64,000 bases of DNA, taken from Octopus sinensis. Taxonomy: Eukaryota. Where the stretch lies: contig NC_043014.1 in the NCBI RefSeq assembly GCF_006345805.1, forward strand, positions 49,538,001-49,602,000, read 5' to 3'. The translations under genes and the position numbers were made by a program. The notes under the pieces are model-generated. The model made no database searches, was not told where the DNA came from, and saw only the letters and a list, made by a program, of their open reading frames with translations. Shown piece by piece: positions 26,575 to 39,169 of the stretch; position 1 is the first letter of the stretch; each line of letters opens with the position of its first letter.

Positions 26575-29435
26575 TACGACGGGCTTCTTTTCAGTTTCCG
26601 TCTATCAAATCCACACACAAGGTTTTGGTCGGCCCGAGGCCATAGTAGAAGACACTTGCCTAAGGTGCCACGCAGTGGGACTGAACCCGGAACCATGTGG
26701 TTGGTAAACAAGCTACTTACCACACAGCCACTCCTGCACCTAGAGACCGATAGAATAAGTTCTGGGCTTACAAAAAGAATAAGTCCCGGGGTCGAGTTGC
26801 TCGATTAGAGGCGGTGCTCCAGCATGGCCGCAGTCAAATGACTGAAACAAGTAAAATGAGTAAACTCATTATTTTCTTCAGCGTTTTAACATCTGACGGC
26901 AGGAGTGGAACTGGTCTAAACCAAATCTGATTCCACTCCCACTCTGTCTCTAATGCTGTCCCCTCTGCCTCCAGTACCAGCCACTCTGCTCTAGTGGTGA
27001 CCCTTGACAGCATGAAATGTAAATTTGACTTTGTTGGGATTTGAACTCAGGGTTTCAACCTGCATACACTTCACCATCATTTTATTTACTTCCCATTTAC
27101 CAGAAGACACTCTTCTTCCTCTATATGAAAAGTGTATTTATGTGTGTGGGTCTGGGTGTGGATTTGAGCTTCTTCGACTGTTTCTGAGTAATCCAATAGG
27201 GCAACAGCCAGAAGCTTTATACATACGTCTATCCGTCCGTCAGATGGATGGACAGACGTTAAATGAGGATGATGATATATCATCATCATCATCATCATTT
27301 AACGTCCGCTTTCCATGCTAGCATGGGTTGGACGATTTGACTGAGGTCTGGCGAACCAGAATCCAATCTGATCTGGCAGAGTTTCTACAGCTGGATGCCC
27401 TTCCTAACACCAACCACTCCGAGAGTGTAGTGGGTGCTTTTACGTGCCACCGGCACGAGGGCCAGTTTGGTGGTACTGGCAACGGCCACGCCCAAATGGT
27501 GCTTTTTACGTGCCACCTGCAGAGGAGCCAGTCCAGCGGCACTGGCGACGACCTCACTCGATATTTGTATATACACACACATACACACAAGCACAGTCTT
27601 TTCATATAAAGAGGAAGAAGGATTCTTTATTACCTCCAAGAGTATCAGTTCCCTTAACTCCTTTACTCACATCAAGTCCTAACCACTAAGCCATCACTTA
27701 CTCCACCTCCCAGCATTAATCTTTATCTAAATGCTCAATTATATACCATTTGCAACAAACCATTAAAGACATTTTCATAGTCTTCAGTACCTAGCTGCTT
27801 ATGTACAACTTTAAAGGTCTTGTCCTTAACCCTTTAGTGTTCAGATTACTCTGTTAATTGTAATATGTTTTTCATTCAAATTGTTTTGAATTAATCATGC
27901 ATTATCTCAGAGCTTTGCGGTTTCAATGATGTGATTGCTTATTTTTAGAATGTCAATGTAAGCTAGGTGTGAGAGGCTAGATATCACCAGTTTGAATATA
28001 AAACATGTAGAATATCTGGGCCAGATATGGCTGGTTTAACCCTTTAGTGTTCAGATTATTCTTTCAAACATAATGCCTATTGATTCACATTGATTTGAAT
28101 TAATCATGCATTATCTCATATCTTCAAGATCTTGATGGTGTAATTACTTCATGTAGAATAACATTGTAGGGTAGGTGTGAGGGCCTGGATCTGGTCAGTT
28201 TGAACAAAAACAGATTAAATTTTTTGGCCAGATATGGCCGGTTTAAATACTAAAGGGTTAAACACTAAAGGGCTAAATCAGACTACTAGGAACCCTTTTT
28301 GGGAACCTGTGCCCTACTCTTTTTGTCACTAATTCTTTTTAGTAATCACTTACTGCTTGTTCCTCATTTTTGTCATTAGCATCTTAGCTGTGTTCATCTT
28401 CTGTAATTGGTGTCTAATTCCCCGTCTTTGTATGTATTATATATAAAAACAGGTAGTTGTGTATTTGTTCAAACTGGCAAAGGGTAAGAAAAGCTTCAAG
28501 ACAATTGGAATGAAACAATGTTGTAGATACTTATTTCATTACTACCCACAAGGGTACTACCTACACAGAGAGGACAAACAAGGGCAGACAAACGGATTAA
28601 GTCGATTATATCGACCCCTGTGCGTAACTGGTACTTAATTTATCGACCGTTATTTGTCGGGTCTTCGCAGTCACAGCATATCTCCAGAGGTCTCGGTCTT
28701 TCGTCATTGCCTCTGTGAGGCCCAACGTTCGAAGGTCATGCTTGACCACCTCATCCCATGTCTTCCTGGGTCTACCTCTACCCTGGATTCCTTCAACTGC
28801 CTGGGAGTGGCACTTCTTCACACATCTCTCCTCATCCATCCATAGTACATGACCTTACCAGCGCAGACGTCTCTCTTGCACGCCACATCCGATGCTTCTT
28901 ATGTCCAGCATTTCTCTCAGGGCGCTTACACTCTGTAACTGGTACTTAATTTATCGACCGTTATTTGTCGGGTTTTTGCAGTCACAGCATATCTCCAGAG
29001 GTCTCGGCCTTTCGTCATTGCCTCTGTGAGGCCCAACGTTCGAAGGTCATGCTGTGAGGCCCAACGTTCGAAGGTCGTGCTTGACCACCTCATCCCATGT
29101 CTTCCTGGGTCTACCTCTACCCTGGATTCCTTCAACTGCCTGGGAGTGGCACTTCTTCACACATCTCTCCTCATCCATCCGTAGTACATGACCATACCAG
29201 CGCAGACGTCTCTCTTGCACGCCACATCCGATGCTTCTTATGTCCAGCATTTCTCTCAGGGCGCTTACACTCTGTCGTGTGTGCACACTGACATTACACA
29301 TCCAGTGGATCATGCTAGCTTCATTTCTTTCAAGCCTACGCATGTCCTCCGCAGTCACAGCCCATGTTTCACTACCGTGAAGCATGGCAGTTCGCAGACA
29401 TGCGCCGTACAATCTACCTTTCACTCTGAGCGTTG

Positions 29436-29474
<39 letters not shown>

Positions 29475-30704
29475 ATAATTTTTCTTTTTTATCTGCAGAG
29501 CACACCTCCTATCAAAGAGAATTCCTGGCGTCACAGAAGATTACGAAGTGAATTGAAGACCTTAAAGACAGACCCACCTGAAGGTATTCAAGCAACACCA
29601 TTAGACCAAAACTGCTGCCATTGGCAGGCTTCAATCACTGGACCCCAGGGAAGTCCATATGAAGGCGGTCAGTTCTTATTGTACCTACAGATTCCAGACA
29701 GGTGAGTTGAAACATTTCTAGGACATTCTTTTATATCATAATATCAGATTTATAATGAATGCTGTTGTTTAGTCCTGACCATGTGGATCTATGACCAAAG
29801 ACATTCCAACTGTGACTATCCCGTCTTTAATTCGGGCATAGCATATCTGGGAGCACACTATCTAATGTACAGTATAGTAATTAAAATGAGTGGCTATAAT
29901 TGTTTTTTTTTTGTTGTTGTTTAGCCCTGGGTCAATCCTGGTCATGTGAACCTCTATTCAAAGGTGTTCCAACTGTGAACACAGTGCAGTTGTTTAGCCC
30001 CCAAGTCAATTCTGATCATGTAGATCTAAGCTCTGTATTCCTACCATGACCATCACTTTTGTATAGATGGTTATTATATATAAGACATATTGTGAAGGCA
30101 CGTGGCTTAGTGGTTAGGGTATTCAGTTCGCAATCATAAATTCGATTCCTGGTGGTGTGTTGTGTTCTTGAGCAAGACACTTCATTTCACATTGCCCCAT
30201 TTCACATTTCACACACAATATACTCTTTACTTTTACTTGTTTCAGTCATTTGACTGCGGCCATGCTGGAGCACCGCCTCTAGTCGAGCAAATCGACCCCG
30301 GGACTTATTCTTTGTAAGCCCAGTACTTATTCTATCGGTCTCTTTTGCCGAACCGCTAAGTGACGGGGACATAAACACACCAGCATCGGTTGTCAAGCAA
30401 TGCTAGGGGAACAAACGCAGACACACAAACACATACACACACATACATATATCATCATCATCTAACGTCCGCTTTCCATGCTAGCATGGGTTGGACGGTT
30501 CAACTGGGGTCTGGGGAGCCCGAAGGCTGCACCAGGCCAGTCAGATCTGGCAGTGTTTCTACAGCTGGATGCCCTTCCTAACGCCAACCACTCCGAGAGT
30601 GTAGTGGGTGATTTTATGTGCCACCGACACAGGTGCCAGACGAGGCTGGCGAACGGCCACGCTCGGATGGTGTTTTTATGTGCCACCGACACAGGTGCCA
30701 GACA

Positions 30705-30757
<53 letters not shown>

Positions 30758-31532
30758 TATATACATATATATACGACAGGCTTCTTTCAGTTTCCGTCTA
30801 CCAAATCCACTCGCAAGGCATTGGTCGGCCCGGGGCTATAGCAGAAGACACTTGCCCAAGATGCCACGCAGTGTGACTGAACCCGGAACCATGTGGTTGG
30901 TTAGCAAGCTACTTACCACACAGCCACTCCTGTGCCTCTGTGTGTGTGTGCTAGGTTTCTTCCAGTTTCCATCTACAAGGCTTTGGTCAGCCTGTGGATA
31001 TACACTTGCTCAAGATGCCACATGGTGGAACTGAATCGAAGACCACATGGTTGGGAAGCAAACTTCTCGACCACGCAGCCATACTATTAAGTATTCATCT
31101 AACCCATGCTGACATAGCAAAATGAACATAAAGCAAATGAACGCATGTGTGTGTATGTGTATGTGTCTCTTTCTATTGTCATTATATCTTACAGTGTTTC
31201 TCCATCTGTTTTTTTTTTCCAGTTACCCCATGAAACCCCCAAAAGTGCGTTTTATCACGAAAATATTCCATCCCAACATCAGCCGCCACGGAGACATCGG
31301 TCTTGATTCTATTCACCACAACTGGAGTCTGGCATTGACTATTTCCAAAGTTCTCATTAGCATCCAGTCCCTGTTGACCGATCCTTACTGCCACGTGTGT
31401 ATGGAGCCAACGATCGGTCGACTTTACGTGAGCGGCCGACAGGAGTTTGAGCGGATTGCCCGGCTGTGGACCTGGAAGTATGCCATGCACGACTATCTCA
31501 TGCCAACTGACATAAATATGAACGGATTGTGA
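12410..31532 (+). CDS. morgue: Morgue-like protein: Cys4 zinc finger, F-box, and E2-variant domain with Gly replacing the catalytic Cys (7 exons: 12410-12481, 18076-18207, 19367-19571, 21101-21290, 23675-23723, 29499-29701, 31223-31532)
   Basis: Exons join into 1161 nt (386 aa plus stop) with GT-AG introns and matching phases. Motifs are CSMC-x12-CGTC; F-box [15 protein letters not shown]...VCSRW; UBC fold GSPYEGG...[29 protein letters not shown], where canonical E2s have HPN...G-x-ICLD. This domain combination defines Drosophila Morgue. Confidence 0.9.
13983..14144. repeat. Perfect palindrome with arms of about 80 bp
   Basis: 13983-14062 is the reverse complement of 14065-14144. Confidence 0.95.
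16077..16555. mobile_element. Two adjacent piggyBac-type MITEs (third copy at 23824-24050)
   Basis: Each copy of about 225 bp is TTAA|CCCTT...AAGGG|TTAA with a shared internal sequence. Confidence 0.8.
16740..17335 (-). mobile_element. Tandem trimer of Nin/Deu-domain-like SINE family C (other copies at about 10200-10395, 17615-17850, 22470-22720, 35935-36170, 44985-45210, 58620-59090)
   Basis: Core GAGTTCAAATTCCGCCGAGGTCGACTTTGCCTTTCATCCTTTCGGGGTCGATAAATTAAGTACCAG; superfamily assignment is from memory. Confidence 0.8.
18076..18207 (+). CDS. morgue: Morgue exon 2 (zinc finger)
   Basis: TTTCAG acceptor, GTAAGT donor; [27 protein letters not shown]...VYTE. Confidence 0.88.
19367..19571 (+). 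CDS. morgue: Morgue exon 3
   Basis: [13 protein letters not shown]...VDSLPPE; phase-1 donor. Confidence 0.85.
20420..20770 (-). mobile_element. Degenerate RTE-like LINE fragment
   Basis: [18 protein letters not shown]. Confidence 0.6.
21101..21290 (+). CDS. morgue: Morgue exon 4 (F-box)
   Basis: [28 protein letters not shown]...[21 protein letters not shown]; ACAG acceptor, GTGAGT donor. Confidence 0.9.
21545..21845 (-). mobile_element. CR1-like LINE 3' end (second copy at about 24895-25155)
   Basis: [31 protein letters not shown] followed by a TAA-rich tail. Confidence 0.8.
23675..23723 (+). CDS. morgue: Morgue exon 5
   Basis: 49 nt, [16 protein letters not shown]; TTGCAG acceptor, GTAACC donor; bridges phase 2 to phase 0. 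Confidence 0.82.
25551..25760. mobile_element. Penelope-like pseudo-LTR fragment with a 62-bp perfect inverted duplication, flanked by (TA)n
   Basis: 25551-25612 is the exact reverse complement of 25619-25680, with a 6-nt spacer; contains the hammerhead motif. Confidence 0.65.
25619..25667 (+). ncRNA. Type I hammerhead ribozyme motif (Penelope-associated); identical opposed copy on the minus strand at 25564-25612
   Basis: Stem I GCTTC/GAAGC; core CTGAAGA; short stem II TTC/GAA; GAAA; stem III ACAG/CTGT; GTA cleavage triplet. Stem II is closed by a non-canonical U-U. Confidence 0.7.
27826..28260. mobile_element. Second piggyBac-type MITE family, tandem pair (relatives at about 33020-33244 and 54560-54712)
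   Basis: TTAACCCTTTAGTGTTCAGATT...AATACTAAAGGGTTAA. Confidence 0.7.
28641..29435 (-). mobile_element. RTE-clade LINE 3' fragment with a tandem duplication
   Basis: LHGSETW...[20 protein letters not shown]...[13 protein letters not shown]...DRDLWR; the 3' segment occurs twice. Confidence 0.9.
29499..29701 (+). CDS. morgue: Morgue exon 6 (start of UBC/UEV fold)
   Basis: [25 protein letters not shown]...[18 protein letters not shown]. Confidence 0.93.
31223..31532 (+). CDS. morgue: Morgue exon 7 (UEV active-site region and stop)
   Basis: [54 protein letters not shown]...TGA at 31530-31532. Confidence 0.94.
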
Positions 31533-31599
31533 AAATTTTCAGTTGCTGTCTACTTGCCTGCTTGCCTCGGTTGAACAAGGCCGATTACTAATAGACTAA

Positions 31600-31759
31600 T
31601 ATGTGTGTGTGTGTGTGTGTATTGTATGTATATGAATGTTTGTGTGTGTGTGAGTGTATGTAAATATAAATGTGTGTGTGTGTGTGTGTGTATATATATC
31701 TATATATATATATATAAATCTATAGATATATACATATATATATATAAATCTATAGATAT

Positions 31760-31791
<32 letters not shown>

Positions 31792-32100
31792 AATCTATAG
31801 ATATATACATACATATATATATAAATCTATACATATATATATATTATATATATATAAATCTATACATATATATATAAATCTATATATATATATATATATA
31901 TATATAAATCTATAGATAGATAGATATATATATAATCTATAGATAGATAGATAGATATATAAATCTATAGATATATATATATATATATATATAAATCTAT
32001 AGATATATATATATATAATATATAAATCTATAGATAGATAGATATATATATAAATCTATAGATAGATATATAAATCTATAGATATATATATATATAAATC

Positions 32101-32131
<31 letters not shown>

Positions 32132-32135
32132 CTAT
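31600..32135. repeat. Compound (TG)n / (TA)n / TATAAATCTATAGA microsatellite just after the Morgue stop
   Basis: Directly visible. Confidence 0.95.
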
Positions 32136-32187
32136 CCATTTATTAAAGTTGAGGCTCCACTCTGTCTCTACTCAGAGTTTTGCACAT

Positions 32188-32250
<63 letters not shown>

Positions 32251-33951
32251 TCTGGCCATCTTTGTGGAACATTGCCGAAGAAATTCACATAAGCAGGAGA
32301 AAAAAAGGAAGCCTCAGTTTTTGTACAAACGAATAAACTGTGTTAGCATGTATTGAGTACATTTTTGTTCTTGTTTGTACGTCCAATACATGTACCTCGG
32401 GCAGAGAGACGTGATTTATTTAAAGCCCTCCTCTGCGTAATTTATATTTCAATGAATTTTCTCTGAGTATTATTTATTTTTATTATTATTATTATCAGCG
32501 TGACCGAGGCGGTGAGCTGGCAGAGTTCTTAGCACGTCGGACTAAATGCTCAGCAACATTTTGTCCGGCTTAGCGTTCTGAGTTCAAGTCCCATCAAGGT
32601 TGACTTTGCCCTTTCATTTTTTTTAGGGTCAGTAAAATAAATACCAGTGAAGTATTAGGGTTGATGCAATAATTGGTTTTCTCTCCTCTCAAAACTTGTC
32701 CCTGTGTCCCTTTTTTTTTTTTTTTTTTTTTTTATTTATTAAGGGGCAGTGAACTAACAGAATTATTACTGTGCCTGGCAAAATGCTTGGCAGAATTTCC
32801 TTTCAGCTCAGCATTCTAAGTTCAAATTCCACCAAGTTCAACTTTGCCTTTCATTCATTCAGGGTCAGTAAAATAACTACCAATGAAGTACTGGGGTCAA
32901 CATAATTGATTTGCCCCTCCCCTCAAAAATTGTTTGCCCAAGTGACAAAATTTTTTTTAATAATTTGGTGCCCCAGCATGGCCGCGGCCTTCGGGCTAAA
33001 ACATTTTTAAGGATTTAAGGAACCCTTTAGTGTTCAGATTATTCTACCAAACATAATGCTTGTTGATTCCCATTGATTTGAATTAATCATGCATTATCTC
33101 ATATCTTCAAGATCTTGATGGTGTAATTACTTCATGTAGAATAACATTGTAGGGTAGGTGTGAGAGCCTGGATCTGGTCAGTTTGAACATAAAACAGATT
33201 AAATATCTTGGCCGGATATGGCCGGTTTAAATACTAAAGGGTTAAGGCAGTGAACTGACAGAATTCTTACTGTGCCAGAGAAAATGCTTCATGGCATTTC
33301 TTCAGCTCAAAGTTCAAATTCCACCAAGGTTGATTTTGTTTTACATCCTTTCGGGGGTCATTAGAATAAGTACCAGCTGAACTCTGACGTTGATGTGATC
33401 AACTAACCCTCCCCACTCAAAATATTTTAGGGCCTTTTGCCTTTTGTAGAAAGAATTATTTATTTTCATTATCATTATCAGCGCATTTGCTCGACTAAAA
33501 GGTGGTGCTCCAGCATGGCCACAGTCAAATGACTGAAACAAGTAAAAGAGTAAAGAGAGCATTGAGGATGGTTAGATTGGCAGAGTCGTTAAAGCATTGA
33601 GCAGAATACCTTGTGGTATTGGTTCCGGTTCATTACATTCATGCCTAGGTAAACTTTACTTTTCATCTGTCTGAAGCTCACAAAATATAGTACCAGTCAT
33701 GTACTGGGACCAGTGTAACTGAGCAACACCCCACACTTCTAGATGGTTAGCTTGGTCCCTAACTTGAAGTAATTAGCAATTTGAAGATGGGGAGCTGGTA
33801 GAATCATTAGCATGAGGCGCAGGAGTGGCTGTGTGGTAAGTAGCTTGCTTACCAACCACACCTTGGGCAAGTGTCTTCTACTATAGCCTCGGGCCGACCA
33901 AAGCCTTGTGAGTGGATTTGGTAGACGGAAACTGAAAAGAAGCCCGTCGTA

Positions 33952-34001
<50 letters not shown>

Positions 34002-34513
34002 TTTGTGTGTCTGTGTTTGTCCCCCCAACATCACTTGACAACCAATGCTGGTGTATTTATGTCCCCTGTTACTTAGCGGTTCGGCAAAAGAGACCGATAG
34101 AATAAGTACTGGGCTTACAAAAGAATAAGTCCCGGGGTCGAGTTGCTCGATTAAAGGCGGTGCTCCAGCATGGCTGCAGTCAAATGATTGAAACAAGTAA
34201 AAGAGAGAGTATGTGGATGAAATGCTGCTAAGCATTTTTGTCTGACTCAATGATCTAAGTTCAAACTCTGCCGAGATCAACTTTACCTTTCATCCATTTC
34301 TAAGTACCAGTGGTGTACTGGGTTCGACATAATCAACTTCTCTCTCTCCTCAAAAACTGCTGGCCCCGTGCCAAAATTTGAGACTATTATTACTATTATA
34401 GGATATTATTTACCTTGGATCGTCGGGTGACCTGCTGCGCTTGAGGAGACCTATTGAATCAAGTACATCAACATCAAAATAAAAATCAAATAGAAATTGT
34501 TGTTGTGATACTC

Positions 34514-35210
34514 GTGCCGGTGGCACGTAAAAAGCACCATCCAAACGTGGCCGATGCCAGCCTCCTCTGGCCCCTGTGCCAGTGGCATGTAAAAAGCACC
34601 ATCCAAACGTGGCCAATGCCAGCCTCCTCTGGCCCCTGTGCCGTGGCATGTAAAAAGCACCATCAAACGTGGCCGATGCCAGCCTCCTCTGGCCCCTGTG
34701 CGGTGGCATGTAAAAAGCACCATCCAAACGTGGCCAATGCCAGCCTCCTCTGGCCCCTGTGCCGGTGGCATGTAAAAAGCACCATCCAAACGTGGCCGAT
34801 GCCAGCCTCCTCTGGCCCCTGTGCCGGTGGCATGTAAAAAGCACCATCCAAACGTGGCCAATGCCAGCCTCCTCTGGCCCCTGTGCCGGTGGCATGTAAA
34901 AAGCACCATCCGAACGTGGCCGATGCCAGCCTCCTCTGGCCCCTGTGCCGGTGGCATGTAAAAAGCACCATCCGAACGTGGCCGATGCCAGCCTCCTCTG
35001 GCCCCTGTGCCGGTGGCATGTAAAAAGCACCATCCAAACGTGGCCAATGCCAGCCTCCTCTGGCCCCTGTGCCGGTGGCATGTAAAAAGCACCATCCAAC
35101 GTGGCCAATGCCAGCCTCCTCTGGCCCCTGTGCCGGTGGCATGTAAAAAGCACCATCCGAACGTGGCCGATGCCAGCCTCCTCTGGCCCCTGTGCCGGTG
35201 GCATGTAAAA
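34514..35210. repeat. 62-bp tandem array (11 units) inside a SINE body
   Basis: Unit GTGCCGGTGGCATGTAAAAAGCACCATCCAAACGTGGCCGATGCCAGCCTCCTCTGGCCCCT; continues into the usual CACTACACTC...GGAAGGGCATCCAGCTGTAGAAAC SINE segment. Confidence 0.95.
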
Positions 35211-38200
35211 ACCACCCACTACACTCTTGGAGTGGTTGGCGTTAGGAAGGGCATCCAGCTGTAGAAACACTGCCAGATCAGACTGGAGCCTGGTGCAGTC
35301 TAGTAATCAACTGGACCCCTACATCAAAATTTCAGGCCTTATGCCTATAGTAAAAGGATTATTATTATTATTATTATTATTTTAATCATCATCATCATCC
35401 CCTTCAGTATGGTGGACTGGCAGAATTGTTTGAGGGTCTGACGAAATAACATGCGGCTTTTCTTCCTGTTTTTTTTTTTTATATTCTGAGCTTAAACCCA
35501 GCCAAGGTTAACTTTACTTTTAATCCCTTTGGGATGGGGAGGGGTTCGCTAAAATAGGTACCAATCAAATACAAGGGTTAATATAATCAACTAACCCCTT
35601 AAAAATCCATATTAGAAGCAGTTATTTTGGGGCTGTGGACAGATGAAAATGGTAGGCCATTGGTCTGAAGCCCCTTGCAATATTCAGTTCTTTCCCTTTA
35701 TATCCTGAGTTCAAATCTTACCATGAAAAACTTTGTCCTTTCTGGGCCGGGGGCATTTAATAAATAAAGTGCCAGTGAAGCACTAAAGGTTGATATATTT
35801 TTACTGTTCTCTCTCACTCTCTCTCCCCCTTGGTAAAGTTCCTGGTTTTATGCTAACATTAAAACTCATTATCATCATTATTAAGGCAGTAAAGTGGCAG
35901 AATCGTTAGCATGCCAAGCAAAATAATTAGCAGTATTTTGTCCATCTGGCAGAAACGTTAGCACACTGGGTGAAAGGCTTTGCGGTATTTCATCTGCCGT
36001 TCGGTTCTGAGTTCAAATTCCGCCGAGGTCAACTTTGCCTTTCATCCTTTCGGGGTCGATAAATTAAGTACCAGTTACGCACTGGGGTCGATGTAATTGA
36101 CTTAATCCATTTGTCTGTCCTTGTTTGTCCCCTCTGTGTTTAGCCCCTTGTGGGTAGTAAAGAAATAAGTATTTTGTCCATCTTCATGTACTGAGTTCAA
36201 ATTCTACCAAGGTCGACTTTGCCGTTCATCATTTCAGGGTCGGTAAGATAAGTACCAGCGGAATACTGGGGTTGACATAATCAACTCTTTGATCCCACCT
36301 CACCCCGCACCAGGATTTCTGCCCTTATGCAAAAATTTGAAACCATAAGTATTATTATTATTATTATTATTAAAAAAACAGCAAGCAGGCAGAATTGTTT
36401 GTGTGCCGGACAACATGCTTAGCTCATTTCTCCCAGCCTTACATTCTCGGTTCAAGTCATGCCTTGGTCAACTTTGCCTTTAATTTTTTTAGTAGGGGTC
36501 AATGAAATATAGTGCCAATCAAATACTAGGATCCCTGTAATCAGCTATCCTCTTGCTGGCCCTGTGCTGAAATTTAAACTATCAAGGCAGCTGGCAGCAT
36601 TGTTAACACACTGGACAAAATAATAGTATTTTGTTTCTGCCTTCACAGTTCAAATGCTGCCAAGATCAATTGTGGATTTTGTCCTTTGGTGGCGGGGGTT
36701 CAATAAAATAGTGCCAGTTGAACACTGAGGATTTGGGTGTTGTAATTGGCTAGCCCTCCTTTCCAAATTTCAGCTCTTATGCTCATAATAGAAAGAATTA
36801 TTATTAAGGTGGTAAGCTGAGGGAATCATTAGCTCGTTGGACAAAATGCTAAGCATTTCTTCTGGGGTTTTTTATGTTCTGAGGTCTGCTTTACCTGTCA
36901 TCGTCTCGGGGTTTATGAAACGAAGTGCTGGTAAAGCACTGGGGTTGATGTAATTGATTAGACCCCTCCCTGACAAAATTTCAGGTCTTGTGCTTGAAGT
37001 AAAAAGAATTCTTATTAAGGTGGTGATCTAACAGAATCCTCAGCATGGAAGGTGAACTGCTCAGCAGCATTTTTTCTGGCTTTTTGGCTGTGTGATTAAG
37101 AAACTTGCTTTTCAGTCATGTGGTCTTGGGTTCAGTCCCACTGTGTGACACCTTGGGTATGAGTTTTCTGCAGTAGGCTTGGTCCACCCAAAACTTTGTG
37201 GGTGGATTTGGTAGGCAGGAACTGAAAGAAGCCCTTGGTGCCCCAGCATGGCCGGAGCCTTCGGGCTAAAACATTTTTAAGGATTTATACTGTGTTCAGA
37301 TACCACCAAGGTTGACTCTGCCTTTCATCTTTCCTGAGTCAATAAAATAAAATACCAGTCATATACTGGCCATAATGTAATCAACTACCCTACCCCCTCT
37401 CCCCTAAAAATTGCTGGCTTTGTGCCAAAATTAGAATTATTTTTGTTACAGGCATCCCCTGTTTTGTGGAAGTGTGCATTCATGAAAAATCTTGCATGGA
37501 GTTCTCCAATATGAAATGCATTTTCGCTTTGATTTTCTTTGGAAAATTGGCAACCAAATAAAGGAATTAAAATTCACAAGACAAAAACTCCATGTTGACA
37601 CAAGATTTTTCTTAAGGGCACAATAATTTATTCCATAAAATGGCTCTTTCTCAGAACATGGACAAATGGATGTATCTTTTTTACTGTGTCGCAGGTAAAT
37701 ATATTTTCCCATTACCTGATAATATATTTATAATTCTAATTGTACATAATATTTTTCTGCTAGTTCTACTGCTGTTCCATGATGTATATTTAATAATCTG
37801 CAGAAGAGACCAAATCATTTCGATGCTTGTTCCACTGCTGCCATTTATTCATAAACCTTTAGCACATTGTAAGTGCATCACGTCACTATATGAGTTTTCT
37901 CCCTTGTAGTAACAGCAGTGGTAGGGGAAACAATTCTAGAGAAAATGCAGTGTGCTAACGGTTAATATACGAAGAGACCAATTAGCTTTGATCATCTTTA
38001 ACGAGGAAGATCATCTGAATTTTTTTTTATTTCTATTTTGTGTCCTAAGAAAATTTTACTGTTTTTTTTATTAATTAATTAATCTCATCTTTAGATAAGG
38101 TTAATTAAGTCCGAAATTATAATTTATATTAATGATTTGTCTCAAATATTTAGAAATTTAATTTTTCTTTAAAATTCTTTTTAATGCAAATAACAATGTA

Positions 38201-39169
38201 AAAAATTGTAAAATAAAATTTCCATCATTAAATTGTAATGTTTTTTTTGTCTTTTTTTTGTGAATAGTAACCTTAAATGTTTGTTGTATTCTGACATTAG
38301 AAGCTGATAGGCAATTTGAGACCAAAAAAAACCCAAAGGGTTTTGGACACGTGTGTATGTGCCTATGTATATATACTCATTTTGCTTTGTAAATATGTCT
38401 ATACATGTCTTTTACTCTTTTACTTGTTTCAGTCATTTGACTGCGGCCATGCTGGAGCAGCGCCTTTAATCGAGCAACTCGACCCCGGGACTTATTCTTT
38501 TGTAAGCCCAGTACTTATTCTATCGGTCTCTTTTGCCGAACCGCTAAGTAACGGGGACGTAAACACACCAGTATCGGCTGTCAAGCAATGCTAGGGGGAC
38601 AAACACAGACACACAAACACACACGCACACACACATATATACATACATATATACAACGGGCTTCTTTTCAGTTTCCGTCTACCAAATCCACTCACAAGTC
38701 TTTGGTCGGCCCGAGTCTATAGTAGAAGACACTTGCCCAAGGTGCCACGCAGTGGGACTGAACCCGGAACCATGTGGTTGGTAAACAAGCTACTTACCAC
38801 ACAGCCACTCCTTTATATATGTGTGTATGTGAATCCATAATCATGCTGAATGCGAATGTATTATGTATGCATGTGTGTGTGTAAATATATATTTGTGTGT
38901 GTGTGTGTGAGTTCAGGGGGATATATTATCTGGGCGTGTACCCCGATAGTTCTCAATTAAATTCCAAAGGCATAGCAAAATATTATTTTACCAAAACCAA
39001 AAGATATTCACAAACTGTTACTCAGAGTTGCACATGACTGGTCGTCAGATAGTTGTGATTATCATAAGTGTCTGATGAAACTGACTAACAATTATTTACA
39101 TTGGACAGATAGGTGCCACCCCCTCAAAATAAGGGTAGATAAGAAAGTTCGTTTTCGGCACTTGATGCT

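Noticed and set aside
34410-35270. Long ORFs of 254-286 aa
   Set aside because: They are by-products of the 62-bp SINE tandem array, with repetitive peptides in several frames.
38920-39165. Matching left TIR for the mariner at 39170-41238
   Set aside because: Similarity to the right end is only weak, so an intact element cannot be supported.
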